64,000 nucleotides of DNA, taken from the NCBI RefSeq assembly GCF_018350175.1, contig NC_058380.1, forward strand, positions 94,674,001 to 94,738,000. Direction: 5' to 3'. The notes below the pieces were generated by a model that was not told the DNA's origin, ran no database searches, and saw nothing but the letters and a program-made list of their open reading frames with translations. Below are positions 1 through 19,950 of this stretch, in pieces. How positions within the stretch are numbered: the first letter of the stretch is position 1; each line of letters begins with the position of its first letter. Source of the DNA: Felis catus. Lineage: Eukaryota. Position numbers and translations under genes: made by a program.

Positions 1-144
<144 letters not shown>

Positions 145-2262
145 CAGACCCCTTCCCTGCCTGGCTAGGACCCGCGGCCATCGAGGACTGGTTCGGGGTG
201 GATTCGACCAGAATGCCAGCATTTACGTGTCCTCTTTCCTTCCCTCCCTTGGTAAAGGCACAGATGTTTTGAGAATTTATTTGCAGACACCTGAAATTTG
301 GCGGCTAAGTCTGCTCTGGACCCACAGCCTAGTACCTGACCACTGGGGCGGGCTGGCTGGGCACGGCGCCTCCCTCCCCCAGGCACGGCCTCGGCTTCCC
401 ACGAGCAGCTTGCTGGGCTGTGGCCTCAGTTCCCGTTTTTGTTTCTGTTTTGTGGGTGGGGGGCCTTCAAGCTGTACTGTGAGCAGATACATTTGTGTAT
501 CCTTCAAAGCGGTCTCCCTCTTACTGTTTTTTAAGTTTACGTTTTTAGCTAAAACTAAATGATTAGGGATGGCCCAGCCCAACATCACACAGTCAACGTC
601 CTGGGCGTAAGCCTCGCCCACGGCTCCGAGTTGTCCCCGTGCCGCATCGTAACGCTCGCAGGGACAACAACGGCATTTGGACCCAAACCCAAAGAACGAA
701 GTGGTGCCAGAGGGGCCACTGAGGCTGCCGTTCACTCGGCACAAAACCGGCTCCGATTGGTGCAGCTCGTTGGGTAGGGTAATCCCCCGGGAGCCTCGGT
801 GGCTCAGGGCGGGAACGGCGGGGCTAGAAGTCCCCAGGTGCACCTGGAGCCTATGGGGACCCTCGCCCCGACCCTGGCCTGGCCACATGTCTGTGCGCTG
901 ACTCCCGTGAGGGGCGTGGGAGGAGCAGCAGCCTCGTGGGGCAGGGCAGCGACGAAGCGGGCTCTCAGACCAGTTACCTCACTCCCGGTCTTCACACCGA
1001 GCCTGGGCTGCCGCTGTGGGCTCGTGTGGGCTCCCAGGGGCTCCCACGGGCTCTGACCTGGCCAAGCGCCCCGCCCGCCTCTCCTTCGGCTGGAGGGACT
1101 TTTCCCAAGCTGCGCAGCCGTGACTTACCACTTTCTCAAGGCTGTTGCTTGCTCAGATTTGTCTTTGCTACGCTGAATGCAGCCCAAATTACTTTTTACG
1201 ATTTGTGATGCCTTACCGATTGGATCTTAATCCTGTATTTAAAGTTTTCTAACATTGCCTTACACTGCGTTTCTCTTCTTGGGGGTGCACGCGCCTGTTG
1301 GCTCTTCTCCACTCGTCTGTGTTGTAGCGATTGCCACGAGGGGAGAGTTGGACTCGTCTGTGCCTCCCCCAGTCCTCCCCCAGACCCTTGGGGGTGGGGG
1401 GGGGGTGGCAGGCTGACCAAGCTAGAACGAGGACTGCCTGAAGCTGGTCTCTTTTTTCCTGGTTCATGGCTAGATGTGCAAGCCTGAGGGCATCCCTAGG
1501 GATGCCGGGGCCAGTCCTGAGCCAGGATCCACATTTACCAGCCAGACCAGAGCCAGCGTGGGGCAGGAAAGCTGCCCTGCTTTTGCCTCCCAGTGCTCCT
1601 AGAGCCTTACTTGGCTCTGCGGCCTGGACCCGCCAGACCTGACGGGAGCGATGGCACCCCTCTCAACACCCCACCTCGTGCCCACGCCTCAGCCCCAAAT
1701 GGTCCCAACCCCCCCCCCCATTTGCAAACGCCTCCGGCCTTGGAAAAGCAACAGATGGAGAGGGCTTTTCTACTTGGCCACCCGGATGCTCGCCGCACGG
1801 GGTGGTTTCTGACGCCGTGCGTCCACCTCGGGGCCACCTCTCCGTCCACCCCCTTTCCCGTCAGCACAGCACCACAGTCCCATCAGATGACACTCAGCCA
1901 CGTCCGTCCCTCCGGGACACCTTTGACAGTTCCAACACCTCTGTTGGTTTGCAGGAACGGTCTGACCCCAGGAGGCCAAGGGGTGCGGTCAGAGGGCACC
2001 CTCAATGCTGGAGGAGGTTGCTCGGGCCTCCCCTGGCCCTCGGTGGGCTCGTGCGTGGGACAGGGGTAGATGCCTTTGCAGGAAGGAGAGAAAAATACCA
2101 TCTACCAGTTGGCTTCGGCAAAACCATTTCTGACAATTTTTTGGCTTTATGTGGGAAATAGGTATAAATCTCATTTTATGCTGTATTTTATATCTTAGTT
2201 GTGTTTGGAAACGTTTTGATTTTTGGAAACATCAAAATAAATAACGGCATTTGTTGTACACG
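145..2262 (+). other. SURF4: SURF4 3'UTR with poly(A) signal AATAAA at 2236-2241
   Basis: Follows the stop codon. AATAAA is preceded by a U-rich block (2130-2225) and followed by a GU-rich tract. The cleavage position is estimated. Confidence 0.75.
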
Positions 2263-2631
2263 GCGTGATCCTCTGGTGTTGTCCAGCTGGGGTGGGGCCT
2301 GATCAGGCCTCTCCTCGGATGCCCAGCGAGCCAGCCGAACCCTCTAGGCTTTGCCGAGGCCCGCTGAGAAGCCACGTCCAGAGAGAATGCTTCCCTCGGG
2401 GTCCCTGGGGGCTGCTTCCTGGGGATGGGCAAGGTGGCCCTGATGCCAGTGGCACAGACTCCCAGCCCCAGCCCCGGGGACAGCATACGTGAGCGCATGG
2501 AGAGGACCCTGAGACACCCACCCCGTCGGCTGGGAGGGCGCACAGCAGGCGGCTTGAAGAGGACCCGGGCTCGAGGGCCTGAAGGACTCTGGAAAAGCTT
2601 CCCACGCATGCTTTTCTCCGGCAGCCGTTTA

Positions 2632-6693
<4,062 letters not shown>

Positions 6694-6822
6694 GGCTCGG
6701 CCGCCCTCGGAGCTGGAAGCCGGCGCCGCTCGCACCACGTGGGCCGGGGGCGGGGCTCGGCGGCGCCCCGGAAGCAGACGCCTCTCGTCCCGGAAGCGCC
6801 GGCGGGGCGGGGAGATGGCGGC
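6694..6822. promoter_or_regulatory. SURF1/SURF2 bidirectional TATA-less CpG-island promoter
   Basis: Only 121 bp separate the two divergent ATGs (6693 and 6815). Contains ETS CCGGAAG sites (about 6768 and 6790), an E-box CACGTG (6736-6741), GC boxes, and a YY1-type GAGATGGCGGC overlapping the SURF1 ATG. CpG-rich from about 6250 to 7350. Confidence 0.85.
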
Positions 6823-8044
6823 GGCGGCGGCGGCGCGGTGGCTGGGGTTTCGCGCTGCGCGGCCGGTGCCGGTGAGCGGGGCGCGGGGCGGGCACGTGTC
6901 GGGCGGGCTGGGGGACCCGGACCCGGCCTGGGCCGGCTCAGCCAGCTCCTCGGTCTCCGTAGGCCCCGGCGCGCGCCGTCCGGAGGAGCGTCCTTGCGGT
7001 CCCCCTGCGCCCAGGTGAGGACTCGTCCGGGTGTGACCTGGGCACCTGGGAACAGACGCCCCGCTTTGTAAGCGGGGGGCGGCCGCAGGCACTGAGAGGA
7101 GCTTCGAGCTGCCGCCCGAACGCGGGCGTGCCTCTCAGCCGAGGTGGCCCGCGGGCCGGCCCCTCTCGTACTCCCGAGTCACGCCCGGCCGGGGACGGTC
7201 CGCCACTTCCCAGCGCCTCAGCGGGCTGAGGGGGGGCCATCCCAAGATTGAAACCGGGTGGCCGGGGCCCTAGACGACAGCACAGCCACGGCGTGCGGGT
7301 TGCGCGTGCACGTCCCGCAGGGTAGCGTGCTGCGTGTAAGAAGGAAGGGTGCTGTAGAACCCTTGCTCCAGGCCTGTTTTTTTTTACCGTCCGCGACGCC
7401 CGAGGTGCCCTCATTTGATGAGGCTCACGCTCTGACCGCTGAATTACACTTTCCCTGTACGTGGTTCCATCTTTAAGTTCACGAGCAGTGAACGAGAAGC
7501 TGTTGGGAGTGCTCTTGGGAGCCCCTTTCCCGAGTTGGTCGCGCTTCCCTCTCTGCATAGCGGGTGCATCTTAATGCGACGGAGTACGCGGCAGACTATT
7601 CTTGTGTAAAAGGCGGGAGATGGTTACACGAAGTACCCAGGGTCGGGGTTGGTGGCAAAGGCAGGACTAAGCCCTAGGTCTTGCTTATGCAGTCGGTGAA
7701 CATCCAGGGAGCGTGCCCGGTGGCCACAGGCTGGTCTGTTCACTCTGGGGCAGTAGTGCTCGTGTCTCCTTGAGGAATAGGCTGCTCCAGGTCTATTTGC
7801 CGGGGGCTTCTGACCCCACGCCAGGGTTGGAAACCTTCCTAGGGTTGGCCTGGAGCCCAAGCAGGTGTGGTAGTTCTGCAGCTGAGGCACCTGCCACCAA
7901 AGCGGAGGATGACTCCTTTCTCCAGTGGTTCCTGCTTCTCATTCCTGCGACTGCCTTTGGCCTGGGGACCTGGCAGGTAAATACTGGCTTTGGCGCTGAT
8001 GGCTCTAGCTTTTTTTTTTTTTTTTCTTTTTAATGTTTATTTTC

Positions 8045-8077
<33 letters not shown>

Positions 8078-10255
8078 TGCGCGCGTGCGCGAGCACGCAG
8101 GGAGGGGTAGAGAGGGAGGGAAACGCAGGATTCGAAGCAGGCTCCAGGCTTTGAGCTGTCAGCAGAGTCGGACACGGGGCTCAGTCCCATGAAACGTGAG
8201 AGCATGACCTGAGCCGAAGTCAGATGGTTAACCGACTGAGCTACCCAGGCGCCCATGGTGGCTCTGAGCTTTTGCCCTTGTTGCCATCTGCTTGGGTGTG
8301 CTGTTTCCACAGGTCCAGCGTCGAAAGTGGAAGCTGAAGCTCATAGCAGAGCTCGAGTCTAGAGTTATGGCTGAGCCCATCCCTCTGCCAGCAGAGTGAG
8401 TGTGTGGCTGCCCGCCTGGGACCGGTCTCCCTCAAGGTTGGCAGCGGGGCCTGGCTGCTTCCGCTTGCTGTCCTGACCCTCAGACGGGAGCCCTCGAGAT
8501 GAGCTGTCCTAATGAGCTTCCTGACCACCGTTGGGGAGTGGCGTGACAGATTTAGAAAGAGATCTGCGACTTGGGGTTTCACCTTTTTTTCCAGGCCCAT
8601 CGTACCTGTGGGGGCACAGTGCTGATGGGCTCCCTGGAGCAGCAATTCTTACCTGGTGGGTGGGGGTGGTGTGCCCTCATGTTGTCTTGACAGGAGAGCA
8701 GAATCTTGAAAAAGCATCCTAAGTGATTCTGTCGTCTCTACCCCTCATTTTGACCCACTGTCCTGGAGGGACAAGAGCTAGTTTAGGGGAGCCAACGTGT
8801 GCCCTATTTGTGACGCGCAGGGCTCACAGGCTTTGACTTCCCGCCCAATCTTGTTGGGCTTCACTTCTCCCCACTGCTGTGTAGCCCAATGGAACTGAAG
8901 AACCTGGAGTACAGGCCAGTGAAGGTCAGGGGGCACTTTGACCACTCCAAGGAGCTGTACATGATGCCTCGGACGATGGTGGACCCGGCCCGGGAGGCCC
9001 GGGAGGCCGGCCGCCTCTCTTCCTCGCCAGAGAGCGGGGCCTACGTCATCACCCCCTTCCACTGCACAGAGCTGGGGTGAGTAGGACCGACAGGTCAGAA
9101 CTCGGGTTGTGGGAGAGGGTCATTCACTGCTTGGATGTTGCAGGAGGAGGCCCAAGGGAGGAAGCGGAGATGGATAGCCAGGGGCCCTGGATATCGGTCT
9201 TCAGAGTTGGTGTTCTGCCAGTCAGGACAGGGTGGACAGAGGCAGGCCTTCCCAGGGCACACCTGCTCCTTGTTCTCCCGGAGACTACCAGCGTTAACCT
9301 TTGTCCAAAAATCCTTCTCCGCCTGAGAGCATACTTTGTTACTTCAGAATCACCATCCTGGTAAATAGAGGATTTGTCCCCAGGAAGAAAGTGAATCCGG
9401 ATACACGGCCGAAAGGCCAGGTAAGGGGCAAGAACCCTCCTTTTTTTGTGAGCAGGGCTCACAGGGCTCCTTTTTTTGTGAGCAGGGCTCCTTAACCACA
9501 GGCCTTAAGGAGGAATCTCACATTTTCCTTTCTAGATCGAGGGAGAAGTGGACCTAGTTGGGATGGTGAGGCTGACAGAAACCAGGAAGCCCTTTGTCCC
9601 TGAGAACAATCCAGAAAGAAATCACTGGCATTACCGGGACCTGGAGGCCATGGCCAGGCTCACAGGCGCAGACCCCATTTTCATTGATGCTGACTTCAGT
9701 ACGTTGTGATCAACCCACCCTAGAAGATCGAGTAGCTTTTTTTGTAAATACCCCATTCTACCTTCCTTTTAGCCCTGGAAATTTTCTAGTTGTTTCCTGT
9801 TAGTTACATCGTAGTATCCGTTGGGAGAAAGGGGAATATCTTTCTGGAGAGAGGCAACCCAGGGTTGGTTACAGGTGAAAGGTATGTACTGAACTTTTGG
9901 CCGTGCAAAAATCTAAAAAGCTCTGCAAGGTTTCAAGGAAACAGCTGGCCAAGCCGCTGTAGGGAGAAGCTGGCGGCATAGCTACTGTGGATTGAGTCCG
10001 TTATCTCTGCAGAGAGCACCGTCCCCGGGGGACCCATTGGAGGGCAAACCCGAGTCACTCTGAGGAACGAGCACATGCAATACATCATCACCTGGTGAGT
10101 CCCCGATACGATGTCACATGGTGAGTCCGGATCTCTAGTCCCCCCCCCCCTTCAGAACCCTGACTGTTCATCTTTTTGACCCAAGGTATGGACTCTGTGC
10201 AGCTACGTCATACCTGTGGTTTAAGAAATTCCTACGTCGGACTTCTGGTGTGTGA
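6815..10255 (+). CDS. SURF1: Surfeit locus protein 1 (cytochrome c oxidase assembly factor), 9 exons, 301 aa: join(6815..6871,6963..7014,7843..7976,8313..8395,8885..9076,9348..9420,9536..9698,10013..10094,10186..10255)
   Basis: GT-AG introns, 906 nt in frame. Motifs [64 protein letters not shown] and [21 protein letters not shown] at 10345-10350. Confidence 0.96.
8009..8254 (-). mobile_element. CAN-SINE (felid SINEC) in SURF1 intron 3
   Basis: Poly-T, (GA)n, and a reverse-complemented tRNA-derived head (..CCCAGGCGCCC). Confidence 0.9.
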
Positions 10256-10659
10256 GACTAGCAGATGTAGCCCTTCCCCTAAATTATCAGGAAGCGGCTG
10301 ATTTCTGGAGATGTTTTCATGTGGGATCAGCAACTATGGGCGTAAATAAATCTCTGTGCTACGTACGCTCTGTACCGTATCCGTCATTCTACCTGGGCCA
10401 CTTATAACTGGATGATCGTAAAGTCTAGGCTTGGGCCTGATATGTGACCCAGCAGTCTTAAGGCTGCTTTTTCCAAATGATCAACGTACAACCTGGACAG
10501 CAGGTTTAACTCTACCCTACAACAAATAAGGACCTTGCCACCACCCCGAACGTGTGTTAAGACGACAAAAAATTGCAGTCCACCCCAAATGCCAACGGGC
10601 CCGGGCTGAGAAAGAGCCTTTTATTTACTTTTATATACAGAAAAGTCACCTGTGCCCAC

Positions 10660-13910
<3,251 letters not shown>

Positions 13911-14070
13911 CTTGGAAGGCTGGAGGAGAGAGAAAGAAAAAGAGAATTGTGGGTAATATGTAGGCGACCTCGGAGATCGCGAGAATTGACGCCTGAGCGG
14001 GATTTCGGACTTAAAGCCACAGGACCTATCTCGCCCGCTTCCGCCCAGGGGCGGTGCCTACCGCGCCTAC
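13911..14070. promoter_or_regulatory. RPL7A/MED22 bidirectional promoter with the RPL7A polypyrimidine initiator / 5'TOP
   Basis: Minus-strand CTCTTTTTCTTTCTCTCTCCTCC at about 13922-13944, just upstream of the ATG exon. A near-palindromic TCGCGAGA (TCTCGCGAGA-like) element lies at 13977-13984. Sits in a CpG island of about 13000-14650. Confidence 0.8.
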
Positions 14071-14644
14071 CGCGGCGAGTCGCAGCTGTACGGGAGCGAA
14101 GCGGCGACGGCGGCAGGGAGCCGGGTCTTACTGGGAGGGACGCACGCTCGTCTCCACCCCGACCGAGTGCCCGTCGCGCCGGGCTCTGCGGACCAGGTGG
14201 GGGCGGCGGAGCGGGGTCGCCGTCTTTACTCGGGGGTGACCCTCCCCACTAAGCGACTCCGAGGCCGCGAGTTCCGTCGGTCGGCGGCGCGCAGGCGCAA
14301 GGCTCCTGGCGCGGAGACGGAGGTGGTCCGGGACTACCCCCAGACCCCCACCCCGAGCGAGGGAGCCTTGGGCGCGGCGGTGGCGGTAGAGTCGGAGGGA
14401 CGCTCCGGCGGAGGGGCCGGGGAAGGCTCGGGCCTCGCCCCTGAGCGGTCGGGACACGAGTCCCCGCAGTGTGCCCGTGTGCGGATGGTGGGACAGGTGT
14501 GCTTAACGGAGAGGGCCTCTCCCGAGATCCCAGTTCTGCTGGGATGTGGGCGGCTGAGGCTGGCCCCGCTCACCCGGACTCTGGCTCCCAGGTGGCGACC
14601 GGTGGCCCCAGATCTCTGTCCCTGCACTGCCTGAGGCCCCCGCC

Positions 14645-17323
14645 ATGGCCCAGCAGAGAGCCCTGCCGCAGAGCAAGGAGACACTGTTGCAGTCTTACAA
14701 CAAGCGGCTCAAGGATGACATCAAGTCCATCATGGACAACTTCACCGAGATCATCAAGACTGCCAAGGTGGGCGCCCCGGGGTCTGAGACCAAGGGAAGG
14801 AGCAGGGTCTAGGGATGGTGGTGAGCTGAGTAGCTGACCTGCTGTGGTCAAGGGTCATGGGGTGGGGGTGGGGGAGTGATTTCTGCTTTCAGCAGCACCC
14901 ACTGAACACGGAGCAGGTGCTCTGTGCCCGGTGGTGAAGATACAGCAGTGAACACACAGGCCCGGCCTATGTCCACATGGGAAAAACATTTGGGAGGACT
15001 GTACGGTGGGGGTGGGGGTGGGGGTGGGGGTGGGGGTGGGGAGGGGTCAGCAATGACAAGCAGGTCAACAGATGAAGCTGGAGAGGAGTCTAGTCCGATT
15101 GCCAGGGTTGAATGTCCAGCGCCACTTACGAGCAATGTGGGTCTGGGCGGGAACGAGTCTTCTCAGTGCCTCAGTTTCTCCCGCAACCTAAAGCCCTCTG
15201 GCGATTGGATGACTTTATAAAATGGTTGCTGTGGGGCCTGATGGGGGCCCAGATGTGGTAGCTGTTGCGAGTGAGTGAGGTCAGTGAGAAAAGTTGGGGA
15301 GACTCCTCCAGGACGGTAGCGTGGCCAGTGTCTGGGTGGGGTTGGATCTTTGAGACTGCTGCCACCCTCCGAAGGCTTTCTGAAGACGATGAAGCTGGCT
15401 GGCCTGTGTTTAGTGTTTGTTCACTGTGTGTCGCTGTATTCCCAGGGCTGTCTGGGTCTCCTTCCGTTTAACCTTCACAGAAACTCTCCACGGGGCAGTA
15501 CTGTTGTTTCTCTTCTTAGAGAAGGAAACCGAGGCTCGGGAGATTCAGTGATTTGCCAAGGTCGTTCTGCTAATAACTGGCAAAGCCAGGATTTGCACCC
15601 AGGGTGTCCAGCTCCTCACTTCAGAGTGCCCTGACCCCTGCCCGTGCCTGGCAAGACCCCCTGTGAAAGCCCCGTCCAGATGGACGGGTTGGAGCAGTGA
15701 CAGGCCAGCAGCACTCCTGGCGCCTCTATTTACCGTCGGAGACACCTTGAGTGCACTCTCGGGTCTGCCCTGCCTCAGCTTTGCCCTCCTGTAAACCAGG
15801 GATGGCAGTCGGGGCTTCGGTGAGAACGTCGTAAGTTAACGGTGGTCACGTGCTTAACGTGGTGCCCGGCACCCTGGAAATGCTCCGTAAATGGTCACTT
15901 AAGAGAACCACGTTGTGCCTTCACTTGTTTGGCAGTTGGTTCACCGAGCACCTCAGCTAGTGACCCCATTTCACACAGAACAAGGCTCCACACCCCAAAA
16001 AAGACTTGCCCGAGACCTCCCTGCACATGGCGAGGCAGTCAACATACACAGGCATCCACCTGTCCCAATGAAGGTGCCCGTTAGCTCCTTAGAAGATGAC
16101 AAGAGGGGGTGCGGCTGAACGTCGCCCAAGGTCAGGTCAGCAGTGCCTGGCGGAGAAGGTACAGCGGATGACAGGCAGGAGGCAGCCACTGTGGGTGTGT
16201 GCAGCCGGCCAGTCACCTGTGGGCTGGGGCACCTGCCGATTCTGGGCTTTCTTGTTTGTCCTCCAGATCGAGGACGAGACTCAAGTGTCGAGGGCCACTC
16301 AGGGCGAGCAGGACAATTACGAGATGCACGTGCGAGCTGCCAACATCGTGAGTCACTAGGTGGAGGGCACAGCCCGGGCTCCGGGAGCCTCGTGGTCCCC
16401 AAGGGGGCTTTCCGGTCGGGGGCGGGGGGAGGAAGGGCAAACCGATCCTCAGGAGACTCCTCTCGAGAGGAGGGTTGTCTGTGGCAGTCGTGTGAGGGGC
16501 GGCAGGTGGTGGGCCACGTCCATCACGTCGAGCGCTGTGCGGTGCTTAGAGAGGGGTTGGCCCTCCTTGGCTGACGAGAAAGCTCCTCGAGATTCACTGG
16601 GGGAGAAGTAAATTGCTGAGCGAAACGAGGTGTGCGTTTTTATCCCTTCTGGTGCCACAGAACGAGCACGTCGACCAAACATTCCCGTCAGTGTGTGCCC
16701 ACCGGTGAGAATGTGTGGGGAGAGCCCTGAGGAATCGCACCCAGCTGGCCTGCATGCTGCCCCAAGGAAGCGCGGGGCAGGCATCAGGAAGGGCGGTGGT
16801 CTTATCTGGGGTTTGAGGCTCTATGAAGTGGGGGTGGGCTCAAGGAACCCATGTGATGGGAGTGGAGCACCGCCTTGGAGAGAAAGCTGGCGGCCCCGTG
16901 GGGCTGGGAAGCCCCGGGGAAGCCTCTTCTGCAGTCCGGGCGGGAGCCAGGGACCCTGCCCTCCCGGGACTCCTCTCTAGTTGTCTCCCTTCCCACAATG
17001 ACCCTGGGAAGGTCCACGCCCTAGTCCCACTTTATAGAGGAAGAAACGGAGGCAGGGCCGCCGTGGTCTCCTCACCACCCCTGCCCTGCTCCTGGTGGCC
17101 GCAGGTCCGAGCCGGCGAGTCCCTGATGAAACTGGTGTCCGACCTCAAGCAGTTTCTCATCCTCAATGACTTCCCATCGGTGAACGAGGCCATCGACCAG
17201 CGCAACCAGCAGCTGCGAGCCCTGCAGGAAGAGTGTGACCGGAAGCTCATCGCCCTGCGGGATGAGATCTCCATCGACCTGTATGAGCTGGAGGAGGAGT
17301 ATTACTCGTCCAGGTACAGATAG
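14645..17323 (+). CDS. MED22: Mediator subunit 22 (SURF5), short isoform, 140 aa: join(14645..14767,16267..16347,17105..17323)
   Basis: [41 protein letters not shown]|[27 protein letters not shown]|[23 protein letters not shown]...[10 protein letters not shown]. Reading through the donor after 17313 gives the stop at 17321-17323. Confidence 0.93.
15005..15045 (+). repeat. (GGGGGT)n hexamer run, potential G-quadruplex, in a MED22 intron
   Basis: About 6 tandem G-rich units seen directly. Confidence 0.8.
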
Positions 17324-19702
17324 GGCCGGACCCTGCGCAGAGCACACCCGTGGGCCCGCGCCCGGCCGGCAGCCCCGAAGGTCCCGTCTTTCCGAGCCCT
17401 TCCTGGTCTTGGCGGCACAGCCCCGTGCCCAGGTTTGAGAGCAGAGCTCGTGGTCAGAGCCACTGGTGGACAGACAATTTATATTGACTGCCAGGCCCTG
17501 GGCAGCAGGATGAAAATCACAGAACTTCAGGGGTTGGGTGGGCCCAGCCCGAGAAGGGCAAGCAGGAGCCAGCATTCCTGGGGGGCTGCTGGCTGCCTCG
17601 CTCTGGGCCTGTGTGGTTCTCTTAGCTTGTTGGCCAGTATTGAAACATTCCAGCCGGAGCTGGGTGAACTTCTGGCAGCCCAGGTTCACGCCCAGAACGT
17701 GCAGGACGCTAGTGCCTGCCTAGGGATGCAGCTCCACGGGGGCGTCACCGAAACCTCACAGCACGCGTCAGGGTCCACAGAGGGGTGCGAAGGAGGAAAA
17801 AACTCGAACAGAGGATGGCCTTGAAGGCCGGGCCAAGGGTACGACCCCACTGAGTTCCTGTTCAGCTCGGCCTGGTTCGCAGACCGGAGCCCTGCTACAT
17901 GCTAGGCCCATGCTGGGCCACAGGGATACGGCAGTGGGCAGGACCTGTCACCCCAGCCTGCGTGCACGACTTAGAATTCCAAACCCTGAGTCTTCTGAGC
18001 TCGAGGGGCCCTGAGAAATCAGAGTCCCTGTGTGATTCACATGGAGGAAAACGGAGGCTGGAAACTGGGAGGCCTCGCTCCTCTGTGCCCCTTGGCCGGA
18101 AAAATCAAGTCTCTGTTCAGACAGAGTCTGTGCCCCCCATGCCCTTGCCCACACAAACCTGTGGGGTTTGTTTTTCCTGTGCTGGCTTTCAAATGCTCCT
18201 TCCCTGTCCCACGGAGGCCATGCTGGGGCCACAGAGGCCCAGGGCCAGCACTGTCTGCGGTCTGGGCCTTGGTTTCCCTGCCCTGTACTCAATGCCAGCC
18301 CCCACTGTCTTGGCCATCTTGGTGTCTATGAGAAGGCATAGTGTCTCTCTTTAGCTGGAATGGTTCTAGACTTTTCCAGAGGGTTCTGGGGTCACCTCTG
18401 GTCCCTGATATCTATTGGCTCAACAGATACGTGGCAAATATCTCTTAAACACCCTTCAGAGAGGGGTCCTGAGTAGGTCCACAGGGGTAGGGGTGTCTCA
18501 GACCACGCTGGGACATGGCTCCCAGCCCCACTGGATATTGCATGATCCCTTCTTGTCCCTGTGTGTGTGTGTTTCCTGATGTTCCCGAGGGCCGGGCATG
18601 TGGACTAAGTGGTTACAGGACAGCAGTTCAGCCCTGCCTGTTGAGGTTGGGGGCCGGGGCCGGGGGTGGCCATGAGGGACCTGCCCAAAGTCACTTGACA
18701 AGACTGCAGGGAACCCAGGGGCCTGAGTGGCAGGCTTCCCATGTCCTGCCCCGTCAGTCTCTGGTTCACCCAGGGGGCTCCTTGCCATCCTTGGAGCCGC
18801 AGGAGGTGGAGTTCCTCTCGGCTGTAAACACCTGTAGAAGGCGGGGCCTCTACACGGGGTCGAGTCCCCTAGAGCTCCCAAGCCGGGTTGCCGTGCCCTG
18901 CATGCCCGTGGCCGTGCTCGCCTGCTTCCTGTTCACAGCTTGCTCTTTCTCTACCTATCACCCTGCACTCTCCTTGGGCTGCTGCTCTGTGCCCAGACTG
19001 CTGAGGGCAGGAGGAGCAGGGGAGGGAGGGAGTGAGGGGCGGGGCCGGAGGAAGGAGCAAGCCAGTTAGACGGGTGTGGGGACCTCGGTTCTCTAGTCGC
19101 CCCTTTGACAACCCTGGCGAGCCGTGCTGCTCACCCACATCCTCACCCGTATCTGCCCGTGCCCAGGGAGGCTGCCGCCACCGCAGACCCCGTGTTAGAG
19201 GCAGGGAGACTGAGCTCAGGGGGCTTAGGCGCCTGTTGGAGACCACACGGCTGGTACAGTGGTACAGAATGGAGCGCCGGGGTCTCTGGTTCTGATCACC
19301 TTATCCGGCCACCCCTGCTGAGCGGAGATCCCAAAAAGACCAGGTCTCTGCTTTTGCGTCCTTGCGAAGTGTAGCGAGTGTGGAGAGACCACAGCAACCT
19401 CTGGGCGCTGCTTTCCGGGGTCTGCAAAAGGAGGGCAGCCGAGCCGGGGGGGACGTGGCAGCGCAGGTCGCTCAGCCTTGTGGCGGTCAGCTGGGAGGGA
19501 CTTGCCGAGGTCACACGGGTGGCCGCTCCTGGAAGGCCTCCCTTCAGGATGCTCCGTAGGACCCCGAAGTAGGTGCGGCCGCACATACCCACCCTGAGCC
19601 GGGCTTGCCTGAAGAGGGGCCCGCACACAGGAGGGGAAAGGCAGATTTGGGGTGTGGTCTGTTTTCTTAACTCTGCTTCTGTCTCGCTCCCTGCCCCGCC
19701 CC

Positions 19703-19857
19703 NNNNNNNNNNNNNNNNNNNNNNNNNNNNNNNNNNNNNNNNNNNNNNNNNNNNNNNNNNNNNNNNNNNNNNNNNNNNNNNNNNNNNNNNNNNNNNNNNN
19801 NNNNNNNNNNNNNNNNNNNNNNNNNNNNNNNNNNNNNNNNNNNNNNNNNNNNNNNNN
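19703..19857. other. Assembly gap (others at 51271-51454 and 61248-61380)
   Basis: Runs of N. Confidence 0.99.
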
Positions 19858-19950
19858 CTGGCGTCCCCGGAGCCCAGCGCTGGCCCCCTGCAGGCTGCAG
19901 CCCCTGCCCACTCCCATGCCACTGGCCCCGGCCCCACAGAGCACGCCTGA
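19858..19950 (+). CDS. MED22: MED22 long-isoform terminal exon, visible part only; its 5' part lies in the N gap and it is spliced from the donor after 17313
   Basis: LASPEPSAGPLQAAAPAHSHATGPGPTEHA* matches the C-terminus of the long MED22 isoform. A polypyrimidine tract precedes the gap. AATAAA at 20407-20412. Confidence 0.85.
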   Translation: MASPEPSAGPLQAAAPAHSHATGPGPTEHA

